Assembly (NCBI GenBank): GCA_965262715.1
Contig: OZ253553.1
Location: 160,001 to 224,000, forward strand
Direction: 5' to 3'
DNA: 64,000 bases
Source of the DNA: Bdellovibrionales bacterium
GTDB lineage: Bacteria > Bdellovibrionota > Bdellovibrionia > Bdellovibrionales > JAUICD01
Below are positions 30,525 to 40,832 of this stretch, piece by piece. Below the pieces are notes generated by a model. That model was given only the letters and a program-made list of their open reading frames with translations. It was not told the DNA's origin and did no database searches. Every line of letters begins with the position of its first letter. The first letter of the stretch is position 1. Both the position numbers and the translations under genes were made by a program.

Positions 30525-31268
30525 ATGAAATACCATTCTATATTTATATTCTTTCTTGCATTTACTCTCGTGGCTTGCGCCCCTTACAATGATGCTTCAT
30601 GGAATCAAGCTTTAGACAGACTTCAAGGTGTTGTCGATTCTGCTGATCCAGGTTCTCTAGTACAGACAGATATTTTAGATATTCAGTGGAGTCTTTTACA
30701 TAATGAAGAAGGTAATAGCAACAATAGTGGTTTACCTCCAAATTTTAATCCTCTTGGCAATAATGAAGAAAGTAGTGGTGATAGCACTGGTATTACTGCA
30801 TACAAGATGGAAATTACAGATGTCAATACCAATACAAGCACAACTCTGACCTATAACTTTAGAGATGCAGTCAATATTGAAGGAACAAGCATTATTCTTT
30901 TAGCTTCTCAAGAAGACCTAAATTCTTCCTCAAGTCTTGTTACCACAAAAGTCCTTAAAATTGATACGAATGAAGAAACAGTAGAAGAAACCTCTTCAGG
31001 CACTACCCATACTATTTTAGGTACTATCCAAAAGATCACAGGTATGGCTGGAACTATCCTACTCAACCAATTAAGAAATAATAATAATGGAGAACCTATA
31101 TCTATCACATCATATATTGGTCAAACAGAAGCTTTTTTCTTACTAAGCATTGAGTACCCATTACCTGACACAAACCCAACTGATCACACTCTTTTTTATG
31201 CAACAGATTTAGTGCAACAGAGCTTAGATGGTATTTTAGCGACACCAAGAAGAATAACAAATCGGTAA
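30525..31268 (+). CDS. Hypothetical lipoprotein
   Basis: Lipobox LVAC; Thr/Ser-rich. Confidence 0.7.
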   Translation: MKYHSIFIFFLAFTLVACAPYNDASWNQALDRLQGVVDSADPGSLVQTDILDIQWSLLHNEEGNSNNSGLPPNFNPLGNNEESSGDSTGITAYKMEITDVNTNTSTTLTYNFRDAVNIEGTSIILLASQEDLNSSSSLVTTKVLKIDTNEETVEETSSGTTHTILGTIQKITGMAGTILLNQLRNNNNGEPISITSYIGQTEAFFLLSIEYPLPDTNPTDHTLFYATDLVQQSLDGILATPRRITNR

Positions 31269-31370
31269 TAACAGTAGGATTTACTGCTCAATATCATATA
31301 ATTCCAATATTTCTCTTGAACTAGCCTTCTGATTATGAATCAAAGAAATGACTGAGGTGTTATTTTAAGG

Positions 31371-33068
31371 TTATTTTAAGGCTCTTTTAAGTATTTTTCC
31401 TATATGACTTTTAGGTAGGCTCTTTCGAAATTCAATATATTTCGGGACTTTATAAGCTACGAGGTGTTTCTTACAATATTCCATAATACTACCTTTTGAG
31501 ATATCATCATTTTTAGGCACAATAAATACACAAACAACCTCTCCTGATCTGTCATGAGGAACACCAATTGCTGCAACTTCTAGAACATCAGGATGTTCTG
31601 CAAGTACATCTTCGACTTCATTAGGATAGACATTAAATCCAGAAACTAAAATCATGTCTTTTTTTCTATCAATAATTTTTAAGAAGCCTCCATCCTCAAA
31701 AAGAGCAATATCTCCTGTTTTTAGCCATCCGTCCTCAGAAAGGACTTGTTTTGTTTCTTCTTCTTGTTGCCAATAGCCTTTCATGACTTGTGGCCCTCTC
31801 AGACATAGTTCTCCTGCTCCTTTAAAAGATACATTTTTCCCCTTATCATCGATTAACTTAATTTCAGTAGATGGAAGGGGAAGTCCAATAGAGCCTACCC
31901 GTTCTTTTCCATCAAGAGGATTACAAGTAACAACAGGGGAAGCCTCTGTTAGTCCATAACCTTCTACGATGACTTGTCCTGTATTTACATACCATTGATC
32001 TGCCACAGCTTTTTGCAAGGCCATACCCCCTGCAACAGAAACTTTATTTGTAGACCAATCTATTTTGGAGAAATTACGATGACTCATTAAGGCAATGAAA
32101 AGTGTATTGACTCCTGTCATAACGGTAAACCGATGTTTGCAAAGCTCGTTAATAACACTAGAGATGTCTCTAGGGTTTGTGATAAGAATATTGCAACTTC
32201 CAATTTTCATAAGTGCTAGACAATTCACCGTGAGTGAAAAAATATGATAGAGAGGCAATGCCGTGATGATTTGTTCTGTGCCCTCCCTTAATTGAGGTAT
32301 GAGCCAAGCACCAATTTGCTCCATATTAGCCACAATATTTTTATGAGTCAGCATAGCACCTTTACTGATCCCTGTTGTACCGCCTGTATATTGTACAAAT
32401 GCTAGATCATCTGCAGCAATCTCCTCACTTCTAATATTTAAAGCATGTACTTTACCTAATTCTAAAGCTTTTTTATAAGAAATAGCGCCTGGAATACTGT
32501 ATGATGGTACAGATCGTTTTATATATTTAACAGCCGCATTAACAATTAGGTTTTTAGGAAAGGGCAAACAATCACCTGCTTCTGTGATAATGACATGTTC
32601 TATTGATGTCTCTTCTAAAACCTCCTGAAGTTGAGAAGCAAAATGAGCTAAAATAATAATAGCTTTTGCCCCTGAATCATTAAATTGATGCTTCATTTCT
32701 CTAGGAGTGTAAAGAGGGTTTGTATTTACAACTATTAACCCCGCGCGTAAGGCCCCAAAAATAGCAACAGGTGTTTGTAGAATATTAGGAAGCTGTATAG
32801 CAATACGATCGTTTTTCTTTAATTTGAGATGATTCGTTAAAAAAGAAGCCATTTGATATGTAAAGCAATCTAGATCATTAAACGATAGAGTACTCCCCAT
32901 ATTTTTAAAAGCGGGAAGAGTCCCAAATTTTGTACAAGTATTTTCGAAAACCTCTACTATATTTTGGAACTTAGAGGGGTCAATTTCCTCTGGTATATCT
33001 TTAGGGTAATTTTTAAGCCATGGCTTCTGCATATTTAATATCTTTTTACACCTTCTTAAAAAAGTCAA
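31371..33068 (-). CDS. fadD: Long-chain fatty acid--CoA ligase; start probably ATG at 33032
   Basis: QYTGGTTGISKGAMLTH, EGYGLTEASP, GWLKTGD, DRKKDMILVSGFNVYPNE. Confidence 0.95.
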   Translation of the reverse strand: MTFLRRCKKILNMQKPWLKNYPKDIPEEIDPSKFQNIVEVFENTCTKFGTLPAFKNMGSTLSFNDLDCFTYQMASFLTNHLKLKKNDRIAIQLPNILQTPVAIFGALRAGLIVVNTNPLYTPREMKHQFNDSGAKAIIILAHFASQLQEVLEETSIEHVIITEAGDCLPFPKNLIVNAAVKYIKRSVPSYSIPGAISYKKALELGKVHALNIRSEEIAADDLAFVQYTGGTTGISKGAMLTHKNIVANMEQIGAWLIPQLREGTEQIITALPLYHIFSLTVNCLALMKIGSCNILITNPRDISSVINELCKHRFTVMTGVNTLFIALMSHRNFSKIDWSTNKVSVAGGMALQKAVADQWYVNTGQVIVEGYGLTEASPVVTCNPLDGKERVGSIGLPLPSTEIKLIDDKGKNVSFKGAGELCLRGPQVMKGYWQQEEETKQVLSEDGWLKTGDIALFEDGGFLKIIDRKKDMILVSGFNVYPNEVEDVLAEHPDVLEVAAIGVPHDRSGEVVCVFIVPKNDDISKGSIMEYCKKHLVAYKVPKYIEFRKSLPKSHIGKILKRALK

Positions 33069-33092
33069 AGAAAGAGGTAGTTAAGAGGAAAT

Positions 33093-33227
33093 TTTCCTTA
33101 ACATTTTGTTAAAAAATGAGGAGTATCTTCTTCCTAAAAATAGTCAAGCTTTCTAGACAGTAAGCTACTTGCTGACAGTGCAGACTGTCAGAAAGTTGCC
33201 AGAGGCTAGACCATTTTTAGGGATACA
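33093..33227 (+). repeat. Family A structured element, copy A7 (12-bp internal deletion)
   Basis: Matches A5 but lacks GCTTACTGTCAG, deleted between CTGTCAG direct repeats. Confidence 0.9.
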
Positions 33228-33228
33228 G

Positions 33229-33343
33229 CATCTCCCTACTCAAAATAAACGGATTTTTGAGGCAGTTAGCTATTTGCTGAAGGCGCGAGCCTTTAGGCTA
33301 ATTGCCCAAAAATGACCAGAGGTCAGTTTATTTTGAGTGATAC
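33229..33343 (+). repeat. Family A structured element, copy A8 (tandem with A7, no leader)
   Basis: ACTCAAAATAAAC/GTTTATTTTGAGT, GGCAGTTAGC/GCTAATTGCC, CTGAAGGC-GCGA-GCCTTTAG, TGACC-AGA-GGTCA; GATAC end touches the rpoN stop. Confidence 0.9.
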
Positions 33344-34791
33344 TAATCAAAGAACTTTTTACGTTTAGAAGAAGGTAAAATACCTAAAAGTTCTCTATAC
33401 TTCGCCACAGTACGTCTGGCGATTTTGATGCCACCTTGTTTGCTGAGAATGTCTATGATTTTTTGATCTGATAGTGGTGATCGGTGATTTTCTTCCTCAA
33501 CTAATTGCTTGATTTTTATTTTGACAGACTTACTAGATAAGTCTTTACCATCTGTTTTTATACTTGAACTGAAAAAGTATTTTAATTCAAAAATACCTTT
33601 TGGAGTGTGAACATATTTGTTTGTAGTCACACGACTCACTGTAGATTCATGCATGCTAATGTCACTTGCGATATCTTTTAAATTCATAGGAATAATATGA
33701 GAACTGCCTTTTTCAAAAAAGGCTTTTTGATGTTGTACAATACTTTCAGTAACTCGGCGAATGGTATCTTGTCTGCGATATATAGATTGTATAAGAAAGT
33801 TGGCCGATTTGATTTTTTGCTTAAGGTAATCCTGAGTCCCTTCATTTTTATTTCTTTCTAACTCTCTTCTATAATGGTTAGAAATTTTCAACTTGGGAAT
33901 ACCATCATCATTTAAAATAACTTCATATCTATCACCTATTTTATAGACATAAATATCTGGAACCACATGTTGTGCTTCTGTAGTCGAAAAAATACGACCT
34001 GGCTTAGGATCCATTTCTTCTAAAACTTTGCACATTTCTCTAATGTATTCTACTTTCTGTTTCATTACTTTAGCAAGGGCTACATAGTTTTTTTGTTCAA
34101 GATATTTTAAGTGATGACTGATCAGGGTTATCATGCTCTCAGTATTTTCCTGAAGTTGTCTGGCTTGTATCAAGAGACATTCTTTAAGATCTCTAGCTCC
34201 TACACCGGGAGGATCAAACTCTTGTAAAAAAGGCAGATGTTCTTCTAGATCCTTTAGTGGGATATTAGTTTCCTCAGCAATAGCATCTAAGGATTTTTCA
34301 ATATAACCATTCTCATCCACATAATCTACAAGCGTGCTTATTATTTCCACCTCTTCTTCATTAAATCCGGAAGTTTTTATTTGCCAAATGAGGTGATCAG
34401 AGAGGGTAGTTTTAACTGGAATCACATTCTCATAGTTCATGATTTCATCTTTACGACCAGCTTTCCTATATTCTCTTTGATTATGATAGGTATTGTCGTA
34501 GTAATGATCTAAATTAAAGTCATCGTGTTCATCCTTCCTAGGATCAGCTTCTTTTGATCCTATATCGCTTTCTTTCATTTCACGACGATCGCCCTCGTTC
34601 TTAATGGCAGAATCTTCTAAGTTCTCATGTATTTCTTCAAGAATAGGGTTTTCTATGATCTCTTTTTGAATGGTGTTTTCTAGCTCCATTCTTGACATCT
34701 GTAGTAATTTAATAGCCTGTTGAATCTGTGGTGTGATTCTTAAAGACTGTGTTTGAGAGATGTGAAGCCCTTGTTTAAAGTTTTGCGCCAT
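33343..34791 (-). CDS. rpoN: RNA polymerase sigma-54 factor
   Basis: TPQIQQAIKLLQ, GVGARDLKECL, MHESTVSRV, RpoN box ARRTVAKYRE. Confidence 0.98.
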   Translation of the reverse strand: MAQNFKQGLHISQTQSLRITPQIQQAIKLLQMSRMELENTIQKEIIENPILEEIHENLEDSAIKNEGDRREMKESDIGSKEADPRKDEHDDFNLDHYYDNTYHNQREYRKAGRKDEIMNYENVIPVKTTLSDHLIWQIKTSGFNEEEVEIISTLVDYVDENGYIEKSLDAIAEETNIPLKDLEEHLPFLQEFDPPGVGARDLKECLLIQARQLQENTESMITLISHHLKYLEQKNYVALAKVMKQKVEYIREMCKVLEEMDPKPGRIFSTTEAQHVVPDIYVYKIGDRYEVILNDDGIPKLKISNHYRRELERNKNEGTQDYLKQKIKSANFLIQSIYRRQDTIRRVTESIVQHQKAFFEKGSSHIIPMNLKDIASDISMHESTVSRVTTNKYVHTPKGIFELKYFFSSSIKTDGKDLSSKSVKIKIKQLVEEENHRSPLSDQKIIDILSKQGGIKIARRTVAKYRELLGILPSSKRKKFFD

Positions 34792-35132
34792 ACACTTATT
34801 GCCCTTTTTATAGATATCGCTTATTTTACACTCTTTATGATCTATTGTAGTAATACTTCATAAACCATAAGCCTTTTGTATATTTTTAATCCATACTGTC
34901 TATAGACCTTTTGTTTATTAATTTTATGACTTTAGTGCTTTTTATCACTTGTGGTCTTAATATGGCTTACTATACTATCGGCTACATTGAGTTTATTTTT
35001 AAAAAATGTTGTCTAAAGTCTAAAATTATTATTTAAAAAAGAAGTTATTTTGTTATAAAATAAAATTAAATAGTAACCTTTATCTATATAATACAATTTA
35101 CTTTATATTTTTAAATTTAAGGAGGCTCCATT

Positions 35133-35936
35133 ATGGCTAAAACAAGAAAACAATCTAAGTCTAAGAAGGTAACACGAAAAACTTCTTCTAAAACAACGAC
35201 TAAAAAGAAAACAAAAGCAAAATTGCATCAAAAAAGCACTAAGAAGGCTGCTAAAAAAACTACAAGAAAGACAACTAAAAGAGCAGCAGCAAAAAAAACA
35301 GCTTCAAAAGCCTCTAAAAAGAAAGCAGCTAAGAAGAAAGTAACTAAAAAAAGGGTAGCTAAAAAGGCTAAAAATAAAGTTGTTAAGAAAAAGACAACAA
35401 AAAAACCCTCTTCCTTAGCAAAAAAATCTAGTAAAAAACCAAAAAAGTCCACTAAAAAAGTTGTTGCTAAAAAGACTGCTAAGAAAAAGACAGCAAAAAA
35501 AGTGTCTTCTAAAACCAAAAAAGTATCTCAAATTAAGAAACCAAAAGCAAAAAAGAAGGCACTGAAGAAAAAGCCTAAAAAGGTATCTCGAAAGCCATCT
35601 GTGCCTTCTTTAAAGGAAATTCAAGAAAATGCCGAAGCTCCTATAATTTCTAAAAATCCTTTAGCCATCGATGACAAAGTCAGTCATCATAAGACCTTTT
35701 CTGCTGAAGATGAAAAAGAGCTTTTATTACCTGATAATGGAATAAATGATGATGATGATATTGATATCGACTTAAAACATGATAATGGTAACAATGACTT
35801 TGATGATGATGATGATGATGATGATTTTGATGAACCAGAACCCTTAAAAGAAATCGATATTTCTCATGATGATGATATAGATGATGATGGCTTTATCGAT
35901 GATGATAAAGATGATGATGATACCAGTTTATTTTAA
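35133..35936 (+). CDS. Histone H1-like Lys/Ala-rich protein with Asp-rich C-terminal tail
   Basis: AAKK/KKTA repeats over ~155 aa, then poly-Asp tracts; AAGGAGG RBS. Confidence 0.75.
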   Translation: MAKTRKQSKSKKVTRKTSSKTTTKKKTKAKLHQKSTKKAAKKTTRKTTKRAAAKKTASKASKKKAAKKKVTKKRVAKKAKNKVVKKKTTKKPSSLAKKSSKKPKKSTKKVVAKKTAKKKTAKKVSSKTKKVSQIKKPKAKKKALKKKPKKVSRKPSVPSLKEIQENAEAPIISKNPLAIDDKVSHHKTFSAEDEKELLLPDNGINDDDDIDIDLKHDNGNNDFDDDDDDDDFDEPEPLKEIDISHDDDIDDDGFIDDDKDDDDTSLF

Positions 35937-35949
35937 TTAATTTCATAAC

Positions 35950-36151
35950 TAAGAGCTGTTGCCATTTCGAGATAAGACATTGAAGTTACAAACTATATCT
36001 TATTAAGCCTTTATTTTAACCCGGCAATCTGGCAATAGCTCCTGGAAACAGTCTTCCGGGTTACCTGATTGTCATATCCCGGAATAATGGTGATTTCCTA
36101 TTTTAACTTGCAAGAACAAAATACAAACTTTATTTTTGAGATAGCCTCTAA
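35950..36151. mobile_element. MITE-like composite: F-type end, family B repeat, D-type arm
   Basis: Left TAAGAGCTGTTGCCATTTCGAGATAAG (also at 47762 and inverted at ~25709-25735); right TTTTTGAGATAGCCTCTAA. Confidence 0.7.
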
Positions 36152-36177
36152 TTATTTACTAGAGACTTGATTTTATA

Positions 36178-36265
36178 TGGCGGAGAGAGAGGGATTCGAA
36201 CCCTCGAAGCGTTTCCGCTTGCCGGTTTTCAAGACCGGTGCTTTCAACCGCTCAGCCATCTCTCC
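36178..36265 (-). tRNA. tRNA-Ser (anticodon TGA)
   Basis: GGAGAGATGGCTGAGCGGTTGAAAGCACCGGTCTTGAAAACCGG...GGTTCGAATCC...CTCCGCCA; long variable arm; encoded CCA. Confidence 0.97.
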
Positions 36266-36376
36266 ATTAACCACTTTACTGATTTTACATAAGAAATCAA
36301 ACAGAAATTCAGCCATCAGAGCACTTAAACCTGCAGAGCTGCAATGGTTAGAAGTTATCTCAAAATGCTTATAATT

Positions 36377-36571
36377 TTATTTATCGTTGTTGGTTTTTGC
36401 TTCTAAAATCACATCTTGCAATTCTGAAATAAGTAGGTCGCGAATGTGATCTAATGTGACATCTTCCTTAGAAAGATTAGCCTTTTTTAATAATCTCTCT
36501 AGTTCAGAACTTACAAGATGTTCTGGTAAATCTGTATGCTCAACGAGCGTTTTAAATACATCAGATGTCAT
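36377..36571 (-). CDS. Small hypothetical protein
   Basis: 64-aa amphipathic helical ORF with an ATG start. Confidence 0.65.
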   Translation of the reverse strand: MTSDVFKTLVEHTDLPEHLVSSELERLLKKANLSKEDVTLDHIRDLLISELQDVILEAKTNNDK

Positions 36572-36802
36572 AATTCAAATCGAGCCTCAAAGATAATTTT
36601 AGGAAATAGTGCTACTAGAACGAAGATGTCTGTATCTTTTAACGCTAAAACTAGACAGATGTTTTGTTTTCTTAAGTTTAAAAATAGTCGTAATGATTTA
36701 AATAAAATTTTTATGTAGACATTTTGGTTTTGTTCTAGTTTAATTCGAATCGCATTTCATAATTTTTTATAGATAGTCATTTCAAGTAAGAAGGAGAAAG
36801 TA

Positions 36803-37348
36803 ATGGCACTTACTTACACACCACCTGTAAAAATGGACACCCCTTGTCCAGATTTTAATCTTTTAGGTATGGATAACAAATGGCACTGTCTGAAAGACTT
36901 TCAAGGCAGAGGGCTTATTGTCATGTTCATTTGCAATCACTGCCCCTATGTTCAAGCTGTAGAAAATAGACTGATTGAACTTTATAAAAAAGCCCTAACT
37001 TTAGGCTTTCAAACCATTGGTATCTGCGCTAACGATGCGGATGGTTACCCTGAAGACTCTTATAATAACCTTCAAAAGTGCTGGAAAGAAAAAAATTATA
37101 AATTCCCTTACCTACATGATCCTTCTCAAGAGGTTGCAAAGGCATTTAAAGCTGTCTGTACACCTGATTTTTTTGTCTATGATGAACATCACCTTTTAAA
37201 ATATAGAGGAAGGTTAGATGACTCATGGAAAGACCCAGATAAAGTCACTCAAACTGAACTTTTAGATGCCGTTGAACAAATTGCAAATAACAAACCTGTA
37301 AATCCTCAACAAGAACCTTCTATGGGATGTTCTATAAAGTGGACATAA
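36803..37348 (+). CDS. Thioredoxin-family (AhpC/TSA-like) protein
   Basis: MFICNHCPYV, AVCTPDFF, YRGRLDD, PSMGCSIKW. Confidence 0.92.
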   Translation: MALTYTPPVKMDTPCPDFNLLGMDNKWHCLKDFQGRGLIVMFICNHCPYVQAVENRLIELYKKALTLGFQTIGICANDADGYPEDSYNNLQKCWKEKNYKFPYLHDPSQEVAKAFKAVCTPDFFVYDEHHLLKYRGRLDDSWKDPDKVTQTELLDAVEQIANNKPVNPQQEPSMGCSIKWT

Positions 37349-37378
37349 AAAAACAGACCCTTATGTAAGGGTCTGTTT
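37347..37378. terminator. Bidirectional intrinsic terminator
   Basis: AAACAGACCCTTA-TG-TAAGGGTCTGTTT between convergent genes. Confidence 0.85.
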
Positions 37379-37409
37379 ATATACCTAAATGTTATTTAGC
37401 CAATATCAT

Positions 37410-38555
37410 TTACCAGTTCGGATTATCAAGAATGCGGTTGGTAGGTTCATTGTCCGCAAGGTATTGTCCGATAAAATTAAGTAGCTGCTGCATTGCTCTA
37501 AGTGCCTCTTCTGTAAACTCTGCCTCATCATTATCGTATGAGAGATAGATCCCTATAGCTATTGGAGCAAGTATTCCAGCAGTAATAGTACCTGCAACAC
37601 CTGCACCAGTTGTGGCAAGAGCTCTCCTAAACCATCGCGAGAAAAAGCCTCTAGTTCCACCTAATCGACCCATTTTTATCGTTGCTACTTTTCCACTAAA
37701 ATCTCTAGGAATTTCGTACTTTGATATACGGGTAATTAAGCTTTTAGTAACCTCTGAATTTCCCCTTGTTGCATAGGTCGATGGAGGGCCACATGAGCTA
37801 CGGAATGCAAACCATCCTACGAGTCTTGCAGGATCCGTGCACTGGTAAACTGTTACAGTGTACCCTTTATCCCTAAAAAGTAAGAGAAGATGCTTTTTAG
37901 GATCACTAGCGTGAGCAATAATTATTCTACTTTGTCTCCCATTCACTGTGCTTATGTTAAGCCCAGATACAAGAGTGTCCTGTCGGGCTATAACATTTAA
38001 AAATCTTGCATTTGCACTAAGTCCAGAATCCACATCATCTATGATAGATGTCCAGTGATGTTCAGGAGCTGGTGGTGTAGCGGCGGGAGCTGGTGGTGTA
38101 GCGGGAGCTGGTGGTGTAGCGGGAGCTGGTGGTGTAGCGGCGGGAGCTGCAGCTGCAGGTGACCGAGCTGCGCGTGGTAGAGGAGGGTCTTCTGCCGTTG
38201 CAGGAGTTAGGTCAAGGTCTGCTGCTGCGCTAGCTGGTCTAGCAGCATCAGCAGCCTCTGCTACTGTGCTTGCTGCCCCATCCTTAACATCGTTAAGAAT
38301 ACCACCTAAGCCTAAAAGGGAGGTGGTGCTAAACGATACCCTATATCCTCCATTGTCTGTGCGTTCTGCATTTTCTAAAAGCTCTATTAAAGCCTCTATT
38401 ATGCTTAAATCTTCTTGTCTATATATATCCATATCCTCTTCTAATTCCCATGATAGAGGGTCTTCAGTATTATCATTATCAAATACATTATTTGCTTGTG
38501 ATAAAATAGGATGAAACATTAGAGAGATAAATAAAACACTTATTGCAAACTTCAT
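37410..38555 (-). CDS. Secreted protein with Pro/Ala repeat linker and C-terminal Gly/Ala-rich hydrophobic helix
   Basis: Signal peptide; four APATPP-type repeats (18/21-bp units at ~38065-38149); ATTGAGVAGTITAGILAPIAIG. Confidence 0.7.
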   Translation of the reverse strand: MKFAISVLFISLMFHPILSQANNVFDNDNTEDPLSWELEEDMDIYRQEDLSIIEALIELLENAERTDNGGYRVSFSTTSLLGLGGILNDVKDGAASTVAEAADAARPASAAADLDLTPATAEDPPLPRAARSPAAAAPAATPPAPATPPAPATPPAPAATPPAPEHHWTSIIDDVDSGLSANARFLNVIARQDTLVSGLNISTVNGRQSRIIIAHASDPKKHLLLLFRDKGYTVTVYQCTDPARLVGWFAFRSSCGPPSTYATRGNSEVTKSLITRISKYEIPRDFSGKVATIKMGRLGGTRGFFSRWFRRALATTGAGVAGTITAGILAPIAIGIYLSYDNDEAEFTEEALRAMQQLLNFIGQYLADNEPTNRILDNPNW

Positions 38556-39004
38556 GTGAACCTCCTTGCTTAGGTTACATTTAATAATAAATTATGTAAT
38601 AAAGTAACTTTATACTTTTTAAGTTGAAAAATAACTGACTAACAACTAGGTTTATATTTATTCTATTTCTTACTTTTATCTTTTTTAGATTTACTATCAG
38701 TCGTTATAAATATCAACCACCTTATTTTTAATTTAAACTCTCTTTTAAATTCTACAAACCTTTCTATGGGTCAAAAAGCAATAATGCACTGCATAATCCA
38801 TTTTACTCACTCCTAAAAACCCAATAACGCTAAGCTTTCATCAAAATAAGATATAAGTATTTAATATCAAAGGTATCAAATATAATTAACATTGTTGTTT
38901 TGGCATAAATACATCCTCTTGTTTCTTTTATTAACTACAATAAAAGCGCAAAATGCTATTTTTTACCTTGAAAAATTTGTTACTGAAGTCCTTTGTGGTA
39001 CAAT

Positions 39005-39078
39005 AATAGCGATTTGCTATTTTAAATTTTAACTCGAATTGTAAAATACAAAACTTTACTTTCTGAAATGGCTTCAAG
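39005..39078. mobile_element. D-type MITE arm
   Basis: Inverted homolog of 11211-11283, ending TTTCTGAAATGGCTTCAA. Confidence 0.6.
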
Positions 39079-39089
39079 TAAGTAACAGT

Positions 39090-39857
39090 ATGAACAAATA
39101 TAAATCTGATATAACTGGTAAAGCCAAACTAAAATGTATGCAACCTGTAGGCAAAATAGTAAAAAGATGGGCAGATGATTTAAATATCAATGCACAGTAC
39201 TTTGAAACAATAGAAAGCACAAATGGCTATGCTAAAAAGAGCAATGCCTCACTTGTGATAACAGATGATCAAACCTGCGGACGTGGTAGAGGTAACAATC
39301 AATGGATTTGCCCTCGATACGGAGATGGCTTTCTAACAACATGGATATTCACTATATCTGATTCAGTTCAACCTATCTTCTCCCCTCTTGTGGGCTTAGC
39401 TCTCTATAGAGCACTTTGCAAAACATGGAAACTTAATGATACTTTAAGCCTCAAAGCTCCTAATGACATCTATTTGGACAATGGAAAATTAGCAGGTATT
39501 CTCATTGAAACCATCAATCAGTCAAAAAAAACAAAAGTGCTTATTGGTATAGGCGTTAATATATTTTCTCATCCTCAAAGTCTTAAAGAAGGGGTAAGCG
39601 CAACCAGTTTAGCAGCACACCATTTACCTTTAGATGAAACCTATATTAGAAATTTTACATCTTATTTATGGCAGGAATTATACACAAGCCCCCATTCTGC
39701 CTTATTAGAATCTTCAGCTTCTCATATAACTCCTTCTAAAAGAGAAGACATCAAAACAGCTCTTAATAAATACCCTAGCAAAATATATTATCAAAATGTA
39801 TTACCTGATGGTTCTTTAGAAACATCATCTGGTATTATTCCTTGGCAAGATCTTTAA
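39090..39857 (+). CDS. birA: Biotin--protein ligase (no HTH)
   Basis: ESTN, QTCGRGRGNNQW, LKAPNDIY, KLAGILIE, IGIGVN. Confidence 0.9.
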   Translation: MNKYKSDITGKAKLKCMQPVGKIVKRWADDLNINAQYFETIESTNGYAKKSNASLVITDDQTCGRGRGNNQWICPRYGDGFLTTWIFTISDSVQPIFSPLVGLALYRALCKTWKLNDTLSLKAPNDIYLDNGKLAGILIETINQSKKTKVLIGIGVNIFSHPQSLKEGVSATSLAAHHLPLDETYIRNFTSYLWQELYTSPHSALLESSASHITPSKREDIKTALNKYPSKIYYQNVLPDGSLETSSGIIPWQDL

Positions 39858-40032
39858 TTTGAACTCATAGCTCTATACTATAACCTTCAGATGACTTCGG
39901 CGTTTGGTATAAGACTAATTTATTAACTTTATAAGTAATTTAACTTAAAAGTGTATATGTATTGACTCAGTGATAGTGCTTCACTTAAAGAAAGATTAAA
40001 ACTTACCCTCAAGTAGGGAGGAGAAATTACCT

Positions 40033-40800
40033 ATGAAGTATTTATCCAGCTTAACAATAATGATGCTTGTCTACATTTCTTTTCATCAAGTAGCTGCGCA
40101 GACAACAGACATATGCAGTCCTTCATGGTGGCAACAGCTTATACAAAACAATACTTCTATAAACGAGGATGATATAAACCTTAACGACCTGCATAGAACG
40201 TGCGATCAGGATGGAAACACACCTCTAATGATTGCATACATCGAAGGTGTAGGTGATGAGATAGTAACCAGGACTCTTAACCTAGCTGTTAGAAATACTA
40301 TAGAAGAACTTTTCTCTATAGCAAATACTCATGGAAAGAGTTTTGCACAAATGTTTTTAGAAAGGCATGAACCAGACTCTAAGGTCTTTTTGCGTGTGAG
40401 TGTTCAGCTTATGATTAGAAGGTCAGAAGAAGCTTATCTGCATCCTTCTCCTTTTTTTGGAGATATATGCGATACCTCATGGTGGCAACAACTTGAATCA
40501 GAAGATAATATTCCTATTGAAGATATACGGAGCATAAACATCGACGATCTATTTAGCAGAGGTTGCAATGATGGAGATACACCTTTGATAACAGCTCTTA
40601 GAGCAAACATAACTGATGCAATCATCATAAACATTCTTGAAATGGCTACTCTAAATGCTATAAGAGAGCTTTTCAATACAGAAAATGTTCGTGGAGATAC
40701 TCTTCGAACAATTTTTTTAAGAGAACATAATCCAGGAGCTGGGCTTTTTTATATCGTACATACTCATTACAGCACAAACCGAGAAGAATTAATGAACTAG
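40033..40800 (+). CDS. Secreted protein with two ~120-aa ankyrin-like repeats
   Basis: Signal peptide; DIC(S/D)xSWWQQL...DG(N/D)TPL...ELF...N..G...FL..H.P occurs twice. Confidence 0.7.
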   Translation: MKYLSSLTIMMLVYISFHQVAAQTTDICSPSWWQQLIQNNTSINEDDINLNDLHRTCDQDGNTPLMIAYIEGVGDEIVTRTLNLAVRNTIEELFSIANTHGKSFAQMFLERHEPDSKVFLRVSVQLMIRRSEEAYLHPSPFFGDICDTSWWQQLESEDNIPIEDIRSINIDDLFSRGCNDGDTPLITALRANITDAIIINILEMATLNAIRELFNTENVRGDTLRTIFLREHNPGAGLFYIVHTHYSTNREELMN

Positions 40801-40832
40801 ACTCATTAATTAAGTGGTTTATTAAGTAGGCA

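Noticed and set aside
36177..36374. 65-aa [13 protein letters not shown]
   Set aside because: Antisense shadow of tRNA-Ser.
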